DNA from: Octopus sinensis
Lineage: Eukaryota
Direction: 5' to 3'
Length of the DNA stretch: 64,000 bases
NCBI RefSeq assembly: GCF_006345805.1
Contig: NC_043018.1
Location: forward strand, 14,074,001-14,138,000
The stretch's first letter is position 1, and each line of letters starts with the position of its first letter. The notes beneath the pieces were generated by a model. That model had not been told where the DNA came from and did no database searches. It saw only the letters and a program-made list of their open reading frames with translations. This document shows positions 52,289 to 64,000 of the stretch, piece by piece. Position numbers and translations under genes: made by a program.

Positions 52289-54256
52289 TTGGGTCATCTC
52301 ATAAATAAGGCGATTTTTCAATTGTAGGAAATATAAGTCGGGGCGGGGTAACAGGATAAACTACTTGCATCAACTTGCTATAAAAGCCGATAGTAATTTC
52401 ATCTTTGTACTTATTCTTAGTGCAAGTTTTGAAGAGTGCAGTTTGATTTTAACAGTTATTTTTCAAAAAGTCGGGGCGGGGGGACAGGATAAACTACTTG
52501 CATCAACTTGCTATAAAAGCCGATAGTAATTTCATCTTTGTACTTATTCTTAGTGCAAGTTTTGAAGAGTGCAGTTTGATTTTAACAGTTATTTTTCAAA
52601 AAGTCGGGGCGGGGGGACAGGATAAACTACTTGCATCAACTTGCTATAAAAGCCGATAGTAATTTCATCTTTGTACTTATTCTTAGTGCAAGTTTTGAAG
52701 AGTGCAGTTTGATTTTAACAGTTATTTTTCAAAAAGTCGGGGCGGGGGGACAGGATAAACTACTTGCATCAACTTGCTATAAAAGCCGATAGTAATTTCA
52801 TCTTTGTACTTATTCTTAGTGCAAGTTTTGAAGAGTGCAGTTTGATTTTAACAGTTATTTTTCAAAAAGTCGGGGCGGGGGGGACAGGATAAACTACTTG
52901 CAATCAACTTGCTATAAAAGCCGATAGTATTTCATCTTGTACTTATTCTTAGTGCAAGTTTTGAAGAGTGCAGTTTGATTTTAACAGTTATTTTTCAAAA
53001 AGTCGGGGCGGGGGGACAGGATAAACTACTTGCATCAACTTGCTATAAAAGCCGATAGTAATTTCATCTTTGTACTTATTCTTAGTGCAAGTTTTGAAGA
53101 GTGCAGTTTGATTTTAACAGTTATTTTTCAAAAAGTCGGGGCGGGGGGACAGGATAAACTACTTGCATCAACTTGCTATAAAAGCCGATAGTAATTTCAT
53201 CTTTGTACTTATTCTTAGTGCAAGTTTTGAAAAGTGCAGTTCGACTTTTTAACTGTTATTTTTTCAAAGCTATAATGGAAGTGACAAAGGAGCATATTCG
53301 GCATATTTTGCTCTATGAATTTAATAAAGGCAACGACGTAACGGAAAGTGTGAGGAATATTAATTCAGTATATAGGAATCGGATAATAAGCGTAAGCCAG
53401 TGTCAACGGTGGTTCCTGAAATTCCGACCCGGAAACTACAGCCTAGAAGATGAGCCTCGTCCTGAAAAATTAGTAGAGTTCGAGGAAGGCGTCCTGCAAA
53501 TTCTGGTGGAAAAAAACCTCATCGTAACTTTCGAGGAACTAGCAGGAACTGTAGAGGAACTAGATTTGGTCATTCAACTATTTGTTGACACCTGCGTGCC
53601 ACCGGAAAAGTCAGCAAATTGAGTCAATGGGTTCCTCACAAATGTTTCAAGTCTAATCGCATGTAGAGAGTGAATTTATGCTCTTCTTTGCTGTCACGTC
53701 TCACGAATGAACCTTTTTTGGACCTAATAGTGACTGGTGACGAGAAATGGGTTCTCTGTAAAAATGTCAAGCGCCGAAGACAGTAAGTAGGGAAAGGAGA
53801 GACGCCGGCACCCCAGGCTAAAGAAGATCTTCACCCACATAATGTGTTGCTATCTGTTTGCTGGGATATGAAAGGTTTTGTCCACCTTCAACTTTTAAAC
53901 CCGAACCAAACGATAAGAAATGAGATCTACTGCGAGCAGCTTGAACGGCTTAAGTCAGCGGGGGAAGAAAACGACCATCTTTGATTTCAAGACGAAAGGT
54001 GTTCTTTCATCAGGATAAAGCTCGGTTACATACAGACATATCAAAGGCTGAACAGTTTGAATGGGATACGATACCCCACCTACCATATTCGCCGGACATT
54101 GCCCCATCTGATTATCATTTATTCCGCAGTATTCAAAATCATTTGAACGGAAAAAATGTGAATTCTGTAGATGAAGTCAGAACAGTGATGGAAGAGTACT
54201 TTTCGTCACGGACGTGTGAATTTTGGAAGAGGAACCTTGCAAGTAGCCCCTTGTAG
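52289..54256 (+). mobile_element. Mariner element: left TIR + amplified leader + decayed transposase; right TIR missing
   Basis: TA-TTGGGTCATCTCATAAATAAGGCG at 52287; ATG 53275 MEVTKEHIRHILLYEFNKG...SLEDEPRP; WVPH, VTGDEKWV, FHQDKAR, HLPYSPDIAPSDYHLF; several stops and frameshifts. Confidence 0.92.
52336..53267 (+). repeat. Seven tandem 133-bp units in the mariner 5' leader
   Basis: Unit starts at 52336, 52469, 52602, 52735, 52868, 53001, 53134; each has GGGGCGGGG and TATAAAA. Confidence 0.97.
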
Positions 54257-55225
54257 GCAGTAAAGAAATAAGAAGCCAAACAAATTATCGGACATACAGT
54301 AAAACGTCGCCGCCGCCGACGATAACGATAACACTTGTTTTGAATTTGCTGAAGGAAGTGGTCTATATTTGTGGTGATGAGTGGGGTGTGCTAGGGGTGT
54401 GGCCTAAGTGCCAGTGTTGACCCAAGTGTTGTAGGTGACGTCGGTAATGTATTTGAGTTTCTGACAATAAACGAAACTTAGAGATGAAACTGACTTACAA
54501 TACTCATAACACAGAATCTGTCACGATTTCAATTTATATTTGAAACCTGTCACTTTAGTTCATTCTCCACAGTTCTTGAGGAAATCATGGTACAGTGCTC
54601 TTCCTCTCTCTCTCTCTCTCTGCCTTTCTCCCTTAGCTGACTGCCACGGTAACTAATCCTTCATTATCTGCTAATCGATACTTCTAATTAAAGAAACTGA
54701 TCTATTATGTTCTTTGAACGTTGCGTGAAGTAATTAGCACACGCTCAGACGTAAGGACATAGGTTTCATTGGAGAAAGAAGATGATTGCTTTTCGTTATT
54801 GTTTTCTTTTAATTTTATTTTTTGTTCAATAAGAGGGGGAAGTGCCTCCCCTATGGCCCTTACGCAAAGTCTTTGAGAATAGTTGGAAGCACATATATCC
54901 ACTCAAAATTTCATTTTCCTTGACTGTAGACAGTAGTTTTATATACCAATCTATCTTTTAAGTAATGTCATGTTTGAAAAAACTATTTGACAGATTTACT
55001 GGGGCAGCAGGATTTGGAGAAAATACCAATTTTTTTGCTCGTAGATATTCAACATCGTTACGAGAAGAACAATGCAGTTTAATTTCGCAGCAAAAGAGTA
55101 AAATCAGTGACTTAAATTGAATACCTGCAACGAGAGAAGTCCGTTGAGGGTGATATTGGTTTCAAATGTTGGTACAAGGCCAGCAATTTCGGTGGAAGGT
55201 GGGTGTCGGTCGATTACGTCAACCC

Positions 55226-55391
55226 TATTCTTTGTAAGCCTAGTACTTATTCCATCGGTCTCTTTTGCCGAACCGCCAAGTTACGGAGACGTAAACACAC
55301 CAGCATCGGTTGTCATGCGATGTTGGGGGATAAACACATACACACACAAACGCACACACACACAAACACACACAACACACACAACACACAC

Positions 55392-55441
<50 letters not shown>

Positions 55442-55634
55442 ATATATATATATTATATACACATATATACGACGGTCTTCTTTCAGTTTCCGTCTACCAA
55501 ATCCACTCACAAGGCTTTGGTCGGCCCGAGGCTATAGTAGAAGACACTTGACCAAGGTGCCACGCCATGGGACTGAACCCGAAACCATGTGGTTGGTAAG
55601 CAAGCTACTTACCACAAAGCCACTCCTACGCCTA
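55226..55634 (-). mobile_element. SINE family A (3' tail replaced by a SINE-B piece)
   Basis: Similarity to other copies. Confidence 0.88.
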
Positions 55635-55637
55635 TAT

Positions 55638-55762
55638 TAGTTATCGACCCCGAAAAAAATGAAGGGCAAAGTCGACCTAAGCGGAATTTGAAGGCAGAAC
55701 GTAAAGACGGTCGAAAATCCTTCTTACCCGCTGTGCTAACCATTCCGCAAGCTGGCCACCTT
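55638..55762 (-). mobile_element. SINE family B 5' part
   Basis: Similarity to 18223-18455. Confidence 0.7.
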
Positions 55763-56281
55763 CTAAATATTGATATTAAAGCGAGGTGACCGATGAAGTT
55801 TACTACCGCAAGAGCAGGCTTTCACACAGTTTCCGCGTATCAAATTTCCCTCAAAACGCTCTGGCCGATTCCAGGCTGTGGTAGTTGATTGAGTCTAGGA
55901 GAGTTGATCAAGATTGTATTCTCTTTTGCTGCTTAGCTTCAAGTTCCTAAGTCAGCACTGATCGAGCAATGCTATCACCCAAAGTATTCCAACTCTGGCC
56001 ATCCCATATGTTTTCTGTGTCCAAGGACACATTGTTTAATGCGTCCGATTTGATGGAGATTTGACAACTAATTCTGGGAAGATTGAATGATCACCAACAG
56101 GCAAGTTCGAACCCAGAATCACGTGACTACGAAGGGGACTTCTAAGTGACAGTCTATTTCCTGTACCCCGCCCTTACAATACACCTCATTTCTACCCTGT
56201 TCATTGCCATCGTTAAGGCTGAAGATTGGCAAAATCGTTAGAGACCCCATAACTTGGCTATTCCGTAAAAAGACCAACAGA

Positions 56282-56315
<34 letters not shown>

Positions 56316-57556
56316 ACTACTACTACCACTACTACCACTACTACTACCACTACTACTACTACTATTACTGCTACTGCGTGGGCGGTTTTAGCAACTACCT
56401 AGATTCGCTTGCAACTCCCGGCAGACATTGATCAGCGACCAAAACCCCACGGCCACAAGAGAACTTTTTATGCAACTTAAACATTGTCTCTGATTAAAGT
56501 TTTCTAATCTGATATGGAACTAAATCAGTAAGTACGTGTGTATGTGTGTGTGCGTGTGTGTGTGTGTGTGTGCGTGTGTGTGTGTGCTTGCGTGCGTGCG
56601 TGCGTGCGTGCGTGCTCGCGTGTGTATGTGTGTATGTGTGTGAGTATCTATATACATAATCGCCAGTATGAATTCATATATATATATATATATGGAGAGA
56701 GAGAGAGAGAGAGATGGATAGATATATAGATAGATCGATAGATAAATAGATCGATAGATAGATAGATACACGTATATATATATATATATGCATATATACA
56801 TATATTAGTTATTTGCATCTGCATGTACAGTATATATATATATAAAGATGTCTGTGTGTGTGTATATATACGTATATATATATATTATATATATATATAT
56901 ATATATACATACATACATATGTATACATACATGCATGCATGTGCAAATACATACATGAATGTATACATGCACAGACACACACACACACACATTGTTAGTG
57001 GGCAATCGCTTATCGCTAATCCCACGCAAGCATCTTTAACGGGGCGTAAAAGCCAGCCATAGAAATATCCTGACGATTACACATTCTAGTGTTCACGTTG
57101 CCGTGATAGTTGTTGTTGTTGTAGATGCTAGCCTCGCTTTTGTTCCGGTTGTTGTTGTTGCTGTTGTTGTCATTGTTGTTGTTGCTGTTGTTGTTGTTGT
57201 TGTTGCTTTTTTTCATCGACGTCGTCGTCGTTGTTATCATAGAAGTTTGAGTGGCGGCGTGTTGAGGGCGATGTGGATTGGCCGTTATAGAGTGAGAAGA
57301 GGCTGAAGAAAGTGGACGAAGAGGGAGAGAGAGAGAGAGGGGGGTAGACAGTGATGAGAACAACAAGAAGACGAAGAATTGAAAATTGGACAGAAAGAAA
57401 GGAAAAAGGTAGCAAAGAAAGAGAGAATGAATGAAAGCAAGAGAGAAAGAAAAAGAAAATATGGGATGGGAAAATGAATTAAGAAGAAATGAATGAAAGA
57501 CAGCAATGAAGGAAAAAGAGAAATGAAGAAACAAAGGCAGAAGAAAGATAGTTATA

Positions 57557-57646
<90 letters not shown>

Positions 57647-57729
57647 ATAGATGGATTTCTTTATTAGCCACATAGGACCGAACACAGATGGGACAATAAA
57701 ATGTAGAACTTTTCGAACTTTTAGTAGAA

Positions 57730-58117
57730 CCCCCTGTACGGATAGGTACTGTACTGTGTTTAGATTTAGCCCACAAACAAACTGTAAAGCCAGAAATGTA
57801 GTCTGTAGTATAAGATGTAAAGAGGGACAATGCAGTAACAAGACAACGACATACGTAGGGGAAACGGCACGAAGCATAGGAGAGCGAATAAATGGACATT
57901 GGAGAGAACTTAAGGAAGGTAAAAGCTCATCGATTATGTACCAACACGCCGAACAGGAACGCGGGGATCAATCAACAACATAGAAGTTAAAATTTTGTCC
58001 ACACATAGAACAGATGCAACAATCAGACAAATTACAGAAGCTACACACATAATAGAAAATAAACCTAGCCTGAATAGGAAACTGGAATGGAACACTAGCA
58101 CCCACCACAACATATGA
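57730..58117 (+). mobile_element. Penelope-like GIY-YIG endonuclease remnant
   Basis: NCKARNVVCSIRCKEGQCSNKTTTYVGETARSIGERINGH; after a frameshift IEVKILSTHRTDATIRQITEATHIIENKPSLNRKLEWN, stop at 58117. Confidence 0.88.
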
Positions 58118-58566
58118 CGGTAGAGGATCCCCATAAACTGGTTACAATATAAACAAAACCGAAAACATAATAAATAAAATACACAGATAAATAAACAAAT
58201 AGAAATAAATAACTATATAAGTTTTTTTGTTTAATTTAAAAGACTTTTTAAAAAATTTATTATTATTATTACAAGTATTGTTGTTATACATACATACATA
58301 CATACAAGCATACGTAATGATTATAATAAGTGGATGTAAACACATGAACAAAATAAGAATAAACAAAAACAACAACAACAAAAACAAATTACACGAACGT
58401 ATATAAACAGAAGATATAAATATTACAGGCATCCCCCCCACACACACACTAAATAAACATAGACGCACATAGAGATATAAGCATGCGCAAATGAAGACAT
58501 ACAATAGAAATACAAAATGGCTGACGGTTAGTAAGGAGAGACACAAGTAAGTGAGAAGAAAACAAA

Positions 58567-58611
58567 GGACCACTGATGCGGTCACAGGAGTGTGACGAAA
58601 GAACTTTGGCC
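58567..58611 (+). ncRNA. Hammerhead-like motif (A9C plus extra G) downstream of the GIY-YIG remnant
   Basis: GGACCA/UGGCC imperfect helix I; CUGAUGC-G; GUCAC/GUGAC; GAAAG-AA-CUU. Confidence 0.45.
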
Positions 58612-58750
58612 GAAATAAGATTAAGATTAATGTAAAAAATAAATAACACTGAAGAAAAATAACACCAAATATATAGTGCGTGTGTTTTTATTGGCTAAAC
58701 TGGCAATATGACCATTCCGAAATATAACAATATATATATATATGTATGTA

Positions 58751-58790
<40 letters not shown>

Positions 58791-59034
58791 CTATCTATCT
58801 ATCTGTCTCTGTGTATCTGTATGTCTATTGTATCTACATGCATGCATCTATATCTATATATACATACATACATATACATATACATACACACACATGCATA
58901 TTCACACATATATGTATATCCCCATAACTTTACTTAGTGTGTGTATTTGCACATACGCTCATACAGAGAGTAAAAGGGAGACAAAGAGAGAGAAGCACAG
59001 CGGGACAAAAGAATGAATACCCATTCATACATAT

Positions 59035-59065
<31 letters not shown>

Positions 59066-59759
59066 AGGGGAGAGAGGAAAGAGGGAGGGAGGGAGAAAAG
59101 GAGAGATTTCTGCGATAAATATGTAGATATTGGAATTGTTTAATATTTGCGCCGTATCTACGCTGTTACGTGCAGACAACAATGTCTTGTAGAAATACTT
59201 GAGCACGCATTTACTCTTTTACCATTCTCTTGGAGATTCCTCTTGAAAAATCTTGTTGAATCTTGTGTTACCTGTCGCTTAGAGTAAAAGCATTCCTGTA
59301 TTGGTAAAAGACGCCAATTTCTTTATCTTTGTAGCCCTTCCTCGCAGAGCAACAGAAAGAAAGAGAAAGAAGAATTAGAAAACACTTGATGTATGGTTCG
59401 GTTATCTCCCTTCCTTCCTTTCAGCTTTCCTTCCTGCCTCTTCTTTTCTCTTTTCTTTTCTTTCTTTCTTTCTTTCTTTCTTTTTGTTTCTCATTATTCT
59501 TTCTGCAGATAAATCTTGCCTTACGAAGAGGAAAATAAAAGCATGATAAATTAACGCCTTTCCGTTATGAAAAGGATAGCAAGAAGTATAACCACATAGT
59601 AACACTTAGATATATATACATGTATCATAGGTCCTTCGTCGGTTTCGACGGTTCGATCAACTGAATTCCACTTTCTTTGAATTAGTGCGTAAATACAAGT
59701 TCTCTTAACATAACGTTCTTTGATTTATCAAGTCAGCGCGATACAGTGAGAGTTACTTC

Positions 59760-60245
59760 TTCTTTCTTCTTGCCTTTAACCCCCCAACGTGGAGTATAGG
59801 CCACTTATAGTTGAATTCCATATCGCATAATTTTTCGCTTCTGTACTTATACTCTGCCATGAATCTCCCCCTTTCTCTAGTTCCTTTTGTGTTGATCTAC
59901 GCCACGAGTTCTTAGGCCTACCTCTCCTTCTATATCCAACCGGTTTCCACTTTAAAGCACTTTTCGCTACATTTGGTGTGTCTTTTCTAATTGTGCTACC
60001 AATCCACTTCCACTTTTTCTTCAATATTTGCTCCCTAATCGAAACTTGATTTGTTCTTTGCCATAGCTCTATATTGCTTATGTGTTGGGGCCATCTAATT
60101 TTAAGTATACTACACAAGCATCTGTTGATGAATGATAGTATTTGCTTATTTCACTTAACTGTTGTTCGCCATGTCTCAGCCCCATACAATAAACACCGCT
60201 TTTACGTCAGTGTTAAAAATTCTTATTTTGTTCTTTATTGAAATT
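59760..60245 (-). mobile_element. RTE-clade LINE 3' end (second subfamily)
   Basis: KNKIRIFNTDVKAV..YGAETWRTT...FINRCLCSILKIRWP...KWKWIGSTIRK...ALKWKPVGYRRRGRPKNSWRRS; GAA-rich tail. Confidence 0.88.
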
Positions 60246-61201
60246 ACACTTGCGCTCCATACTTTTTTTAACAGTGAAAATTACCGGAACAATCAATTCG
60301 GTGGGCTTCTCTACAGTTTCCGTCAGCATAATTTTATACTAATCGGGGTTATATTAAAAGACAGTTGCTCGTGATATAGTGCAGTGAGGTTGTACCCGAA
60401 ACCTCGTCGCTGTGAAGCAACTACACAACCATTCAGCTATGTTGGGTCCATGACCCAACTACTCACTAGTTAACTTAAGACACACATGAGTGAGTATTCC
60501 GAAGACATTTGAACCTTTGTTTATAGCTAGGCTCCATTTTGCATCATTTGGAGGTGGCTGGGTACTCCACAAGCACGTCTATTGTTAAAATGACTCTCAG
60601 ATAAATTCAAAAGAATCAAAGACCGAGACAAATCTGTTGACCCTCTGAATTAACTCTCTGTCTGTCCCCTGTATTACATGATACACTGGGCATATTTCCT
60701 TCCGGTTCATTTATCATATATAATACACATACCCCATTATTTTTTCAACCACCCGAGGAACTTGGGACTTAGGAAAGGAAAGCTTTATAATACGAAGCCT
60801 ATTTATAGGTGCAGGCATGGCCCCATAGTTAAGAAGCTGCCTTCCCAAACCATTGTGACCTTGAATTCTCTACTACAGCGCTGCACTTTGGACGAATGTG
60901 TACTACTATAGCTCCGGTATGACCAATGCCAGTGAGTGAAACTTGATGGACGGAAACTGAAAGAAGCCCGTATATGTGTGTGTGTGGGCGAGGGTGTGTG
61001 TGTATGTATGTATGTGGTTCAAAAATTTAAACAGAAACACAACAAAGGAACAAATGTAAAATTCACACACGAGACGGGACGTAGCTCATTCTTCGTCAGA
61101 TATCGCCCAGAAAATCCTTATATATATATGTGTGTGTGTATGGTATGTATTTATATATATATATGCATATACAAGCATACACTCATATATACATATTATA
61201 T

Positions 61202-61269
<68 letters not shown>

Positions 61270-61644
61270 ATATAAATGTATATAAATATATATATATGTG
61301 TATATATATTTATCTTAATCCTAATTTCCAAATTTCCCCTTCTATCAATGTTCACAGAACACCTCAATATAACAAGGAGTGAATAAAGAAGCAACTTTCA
61401 TCAATAAATATCTTCTCCAACTAAATATGAACACATAACATAATACAGAACACTACTAACCTTTCAATTAATACCACTAACCCCCATACCTCTCTTATAC
61501 CATTCACATTACAATTCTTTATCTAACCTAATTGCACCAAATCCAGAACTTCTTACCTCCCTTACAAATAATCTTTTTTCTCGGGAACTATTAGACCTGA
61601 CATCGTCCAGTAATCGGTGTGTATTCAAAGCAATGAAAAGATGT

Positions 61645-61689
61645 ATTCAAAGCAATGATTAGTAACTTACGAAACCGGTATGCTTGAAT
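61645..61689 (+). ncRNA. Type I hammerhead motif, A3-U8 core variant
   Basis: Helix I AUUCA(A)AGCA/UGCUUGAAU; core AUGAUUA 61655-61661; helix II GUA/UAC with triloop; GAAAC 61671-61675; palindromic ACCGGU; GUA cut after 61680. Confidence 0.62.
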
Positions 61690-61854
61690 CTCTTTAATAA
61701 TTTCACAATAATGACTTTTATTACTTTTATTCCTACCTCAGTTCATCTAATTGTACATATCTTTCGTTACTTTGCATGAAAAGTCTATTTTTCTTACTTT
61801 CTCTTATATTATCGCGTGTAGTTTCTGTTTTCTTTTTGTAACATATTTCTTTCG

Positions 61855-62030
61855 ACAGTCGTTTGACAACCGGTGTTGGTTTGCTTACGTCCCCGTAAGC
61901 TTAACGGCCAGGTAACAGAGTGCCTGAGTTTAGGAAAGTAAAAAGAAGCACTGGAGTCCATTTATTCGACTGAATCCTTCAAAGCGATGCTACAGCATGG
62001 TCGCACTCGAAAGACTATAAGAAAAAATAC
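61855..62030 (+). mobile_element. SINE family A 3' module, diverged
   Basis: TTGACAACCGGTGTTGG...ACGTCCCCGTAA. Confidence 0.6.
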
Positions 62031-62362
62031 TCAGAGCGTATGAAACAGGGACTAATTAAAAGTCTGAGAACAAAGATGGACGTTTAGGACAAACTTATGA
62101 AAAAAGCTTTGGACTGGCAAAGCGTTGAAGGCTAGAATCGACCCGATAAATTTTCGCCCAAACAGTGCGTCCTGTCGGTTTTATTCTGAAAGAGTGGGTC
62201 GCCCGTCGGTGTCTGTGGCAAAAGACAAGTAACCGAAATGTCATGCATGGGAAGTAATGAGAATTGATGACTGCAAAGCGGACATCTTACTTATTCGGCT
62301 ATGCGTACACACATATACGCAATTGAGCAAAAACACGCACGCAAATACGCACAGAGACAGGT

Positions 62363-62394
<32 letters not shown>

Positions 62395-62889
62395 ACACAC
62401 GCACATACGCTATGCACAAACACAAACAAATACATCCCTGCATATATACATGCACGTTGACATACATAGAAGCACATAAAAACACATACAATCATACAAG
62501 GGCACACGCGAGACACACAAGACACACACACACACACAAAGCAAACACATACGCACACATACAAAGCAAACACACACACACACACACAAGCAAACACATA
62601 CGCACACATACATGCATAAAAGAGGCGAAGCCAACTTTAACTTTCTCTCTACTTATTTCAATATCAGGAGAATAATTGTTGGGAGAAAAAGAAAAACACT
62701 CAACGACAACAACCACATCAATAACTACAGCAACAACAACAACAACAAATACAGCAACAACAACAACAACAAATACAGCAACAACAACAAGAATAATAAC
62801 ACAAAACATAACAAAACTTAACAAAACTAACATCAACAACAATCTCCATTTTCTACAGAGTTTTCAATGTCTGTCTTTAATCCCACACA

Positions 62890-63398
62890 ATCTTTCTTTC
62901 ATTCTTCCTTTCTTCCTTCCTTTCTTTCTTTGTTTTTCTTTATCCTCCTTTCTTCCTTTCTTCTTTTCTTTCTTTCTTCCTTGTTCTTTTTCCTTTCTTT
63001 CTATCTTTCCTTTCTTTCTTTCTTTCTTTCTTTCTTTTCTTCTTCACTTTTATTTTCCGTTCTTCATTTCCTTTTTCTTTCGTTCTTTCTTCGAATTAAT
63101 CTTTCTTCTTTCGTTCTTCGTTTTTCATTTTCTTTCTTTCTTTCTTTCTTCACTTTTATTTTTCTTTCTTTCTTTCTTTCTTTCTTTCTTTTTTTTCTTT
63201 CTTTCTTCTCTTTTCTTTCTTTCGTTATTTTTTCTTTCTTTCTTTCTTCATTTTTCTTTTTCTTTCTTTCTTTCTTTCGTTATTTCTTTATTTGTTTTCA
63301 TTTTCATTCTTTCTTTCTTTTTCACTTTCATTTTTTTTCTTTCTTCCTTTTTCGTTTTTTTCTTTCCTTTTTTCCTTCTTCCTGTCTTTCTTTTCACG
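62890..63398. repeat. ~500-bp (TTTC)-rich polypyrimidine tract
   Basis: Direct reading. Confidence 0.93.
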
Positions 63399-63399
63399 T

Positions 63400-63419
63400 A
63401 ACTATTCATCTATCTATTC

Positions 63420-63459
<40 letters not shown>

Positions 63460-63464
63460 GTCTG

Positions 63465-63519
<55 letters not shown>

Positions 63520-63524
63520 GTCTG

Positions 63525-63593
<69 letters not shown>

Positions 63594-63629
63594 CTGTCTG
63601 TCTATCTTCTATCTATCTATCTATCTATC

Positions 63630-63661
<32 letters not shown>

Positions 63662-63667
63662 CTTCTG

Positions 63668-63762
<95 letters not shown>

Positions 63763-63833
63763 CTATCTATCTATCTACCTATCTATCTATCTATCTATCT
63801 ATCTATATCTATCTATCTATCTATCCTCTATCC

Positions 63834-63901
<68 letters not shown>

Positions 63902-63960
63902 GTCTGTCTATCTATCTATCTATCTATCTGTCTATCTATCTATCTATCTATCTATATCTA

Positions 63961-63999
<39 letters not shown>

Positions 64000-64000
64000 G
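63400..64000. repeat. (TATC)n/(TGTC)n microsatellite, runs off the window end
   Basis: Direct reading. Confidence 0.97.

Noticed and set aside
52336-53267. CRISPR-like array
   Set aside because: Units are contiguous and identical with no unique spacers, there are no cas genes, and the context is eukaryotic
57068-57100. CTGACGA followed by an ACAC/GTGT hairpin
   Set aside because: No GAAA segment follows

Overview
AT-rich eukaryotic genomic DNA, most likely an octopus or other coleoid cephalopod (inferred from the SINE families and extreme microsatellite density, not from a search). I found no intact host gene; almost every ORF in the track is a translation of a microsatellite. The window is a transposon graveyard: R4/Dong-type RT + restriction-like-endonuclease retrotransposon pieces in (TAA)n tracts, RTE LINE 3' ends, three decayed mariner elements, two Penelope-like (PLE) GIY-YIG remnants, Helitron-like non-autonomous elements and at least four tRNA-derived SINE families. 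The main signal is about 15 type-I hammerhead ribozyme (HHR) motifs of the minimal PLE type with self-complementary helix III. Two are fully canonical and covary in helix II (39858-39900 and 51253-51295, minus strand). Three carry swapped but Watson-Crick-paired nucleotides at core positions 3:8 (G3-C8 at 71-121, U3-A8 at 18981-19025, A3-U8 at 61645-61689), so all four possible pairs occur in one window. Many HHRs sit in fold-back elements with one outward-facing ribozyme per arm. Other oddities: a 7 x 133 bp GC-box/TATA-like array in a mariner 5' leader, and a ~200 bp SINE segment apparently copied from 2 kb away into another SINE with an 11 bp direct repeat. All folding and alignment was done by eye, and ribozyme activity is untested.
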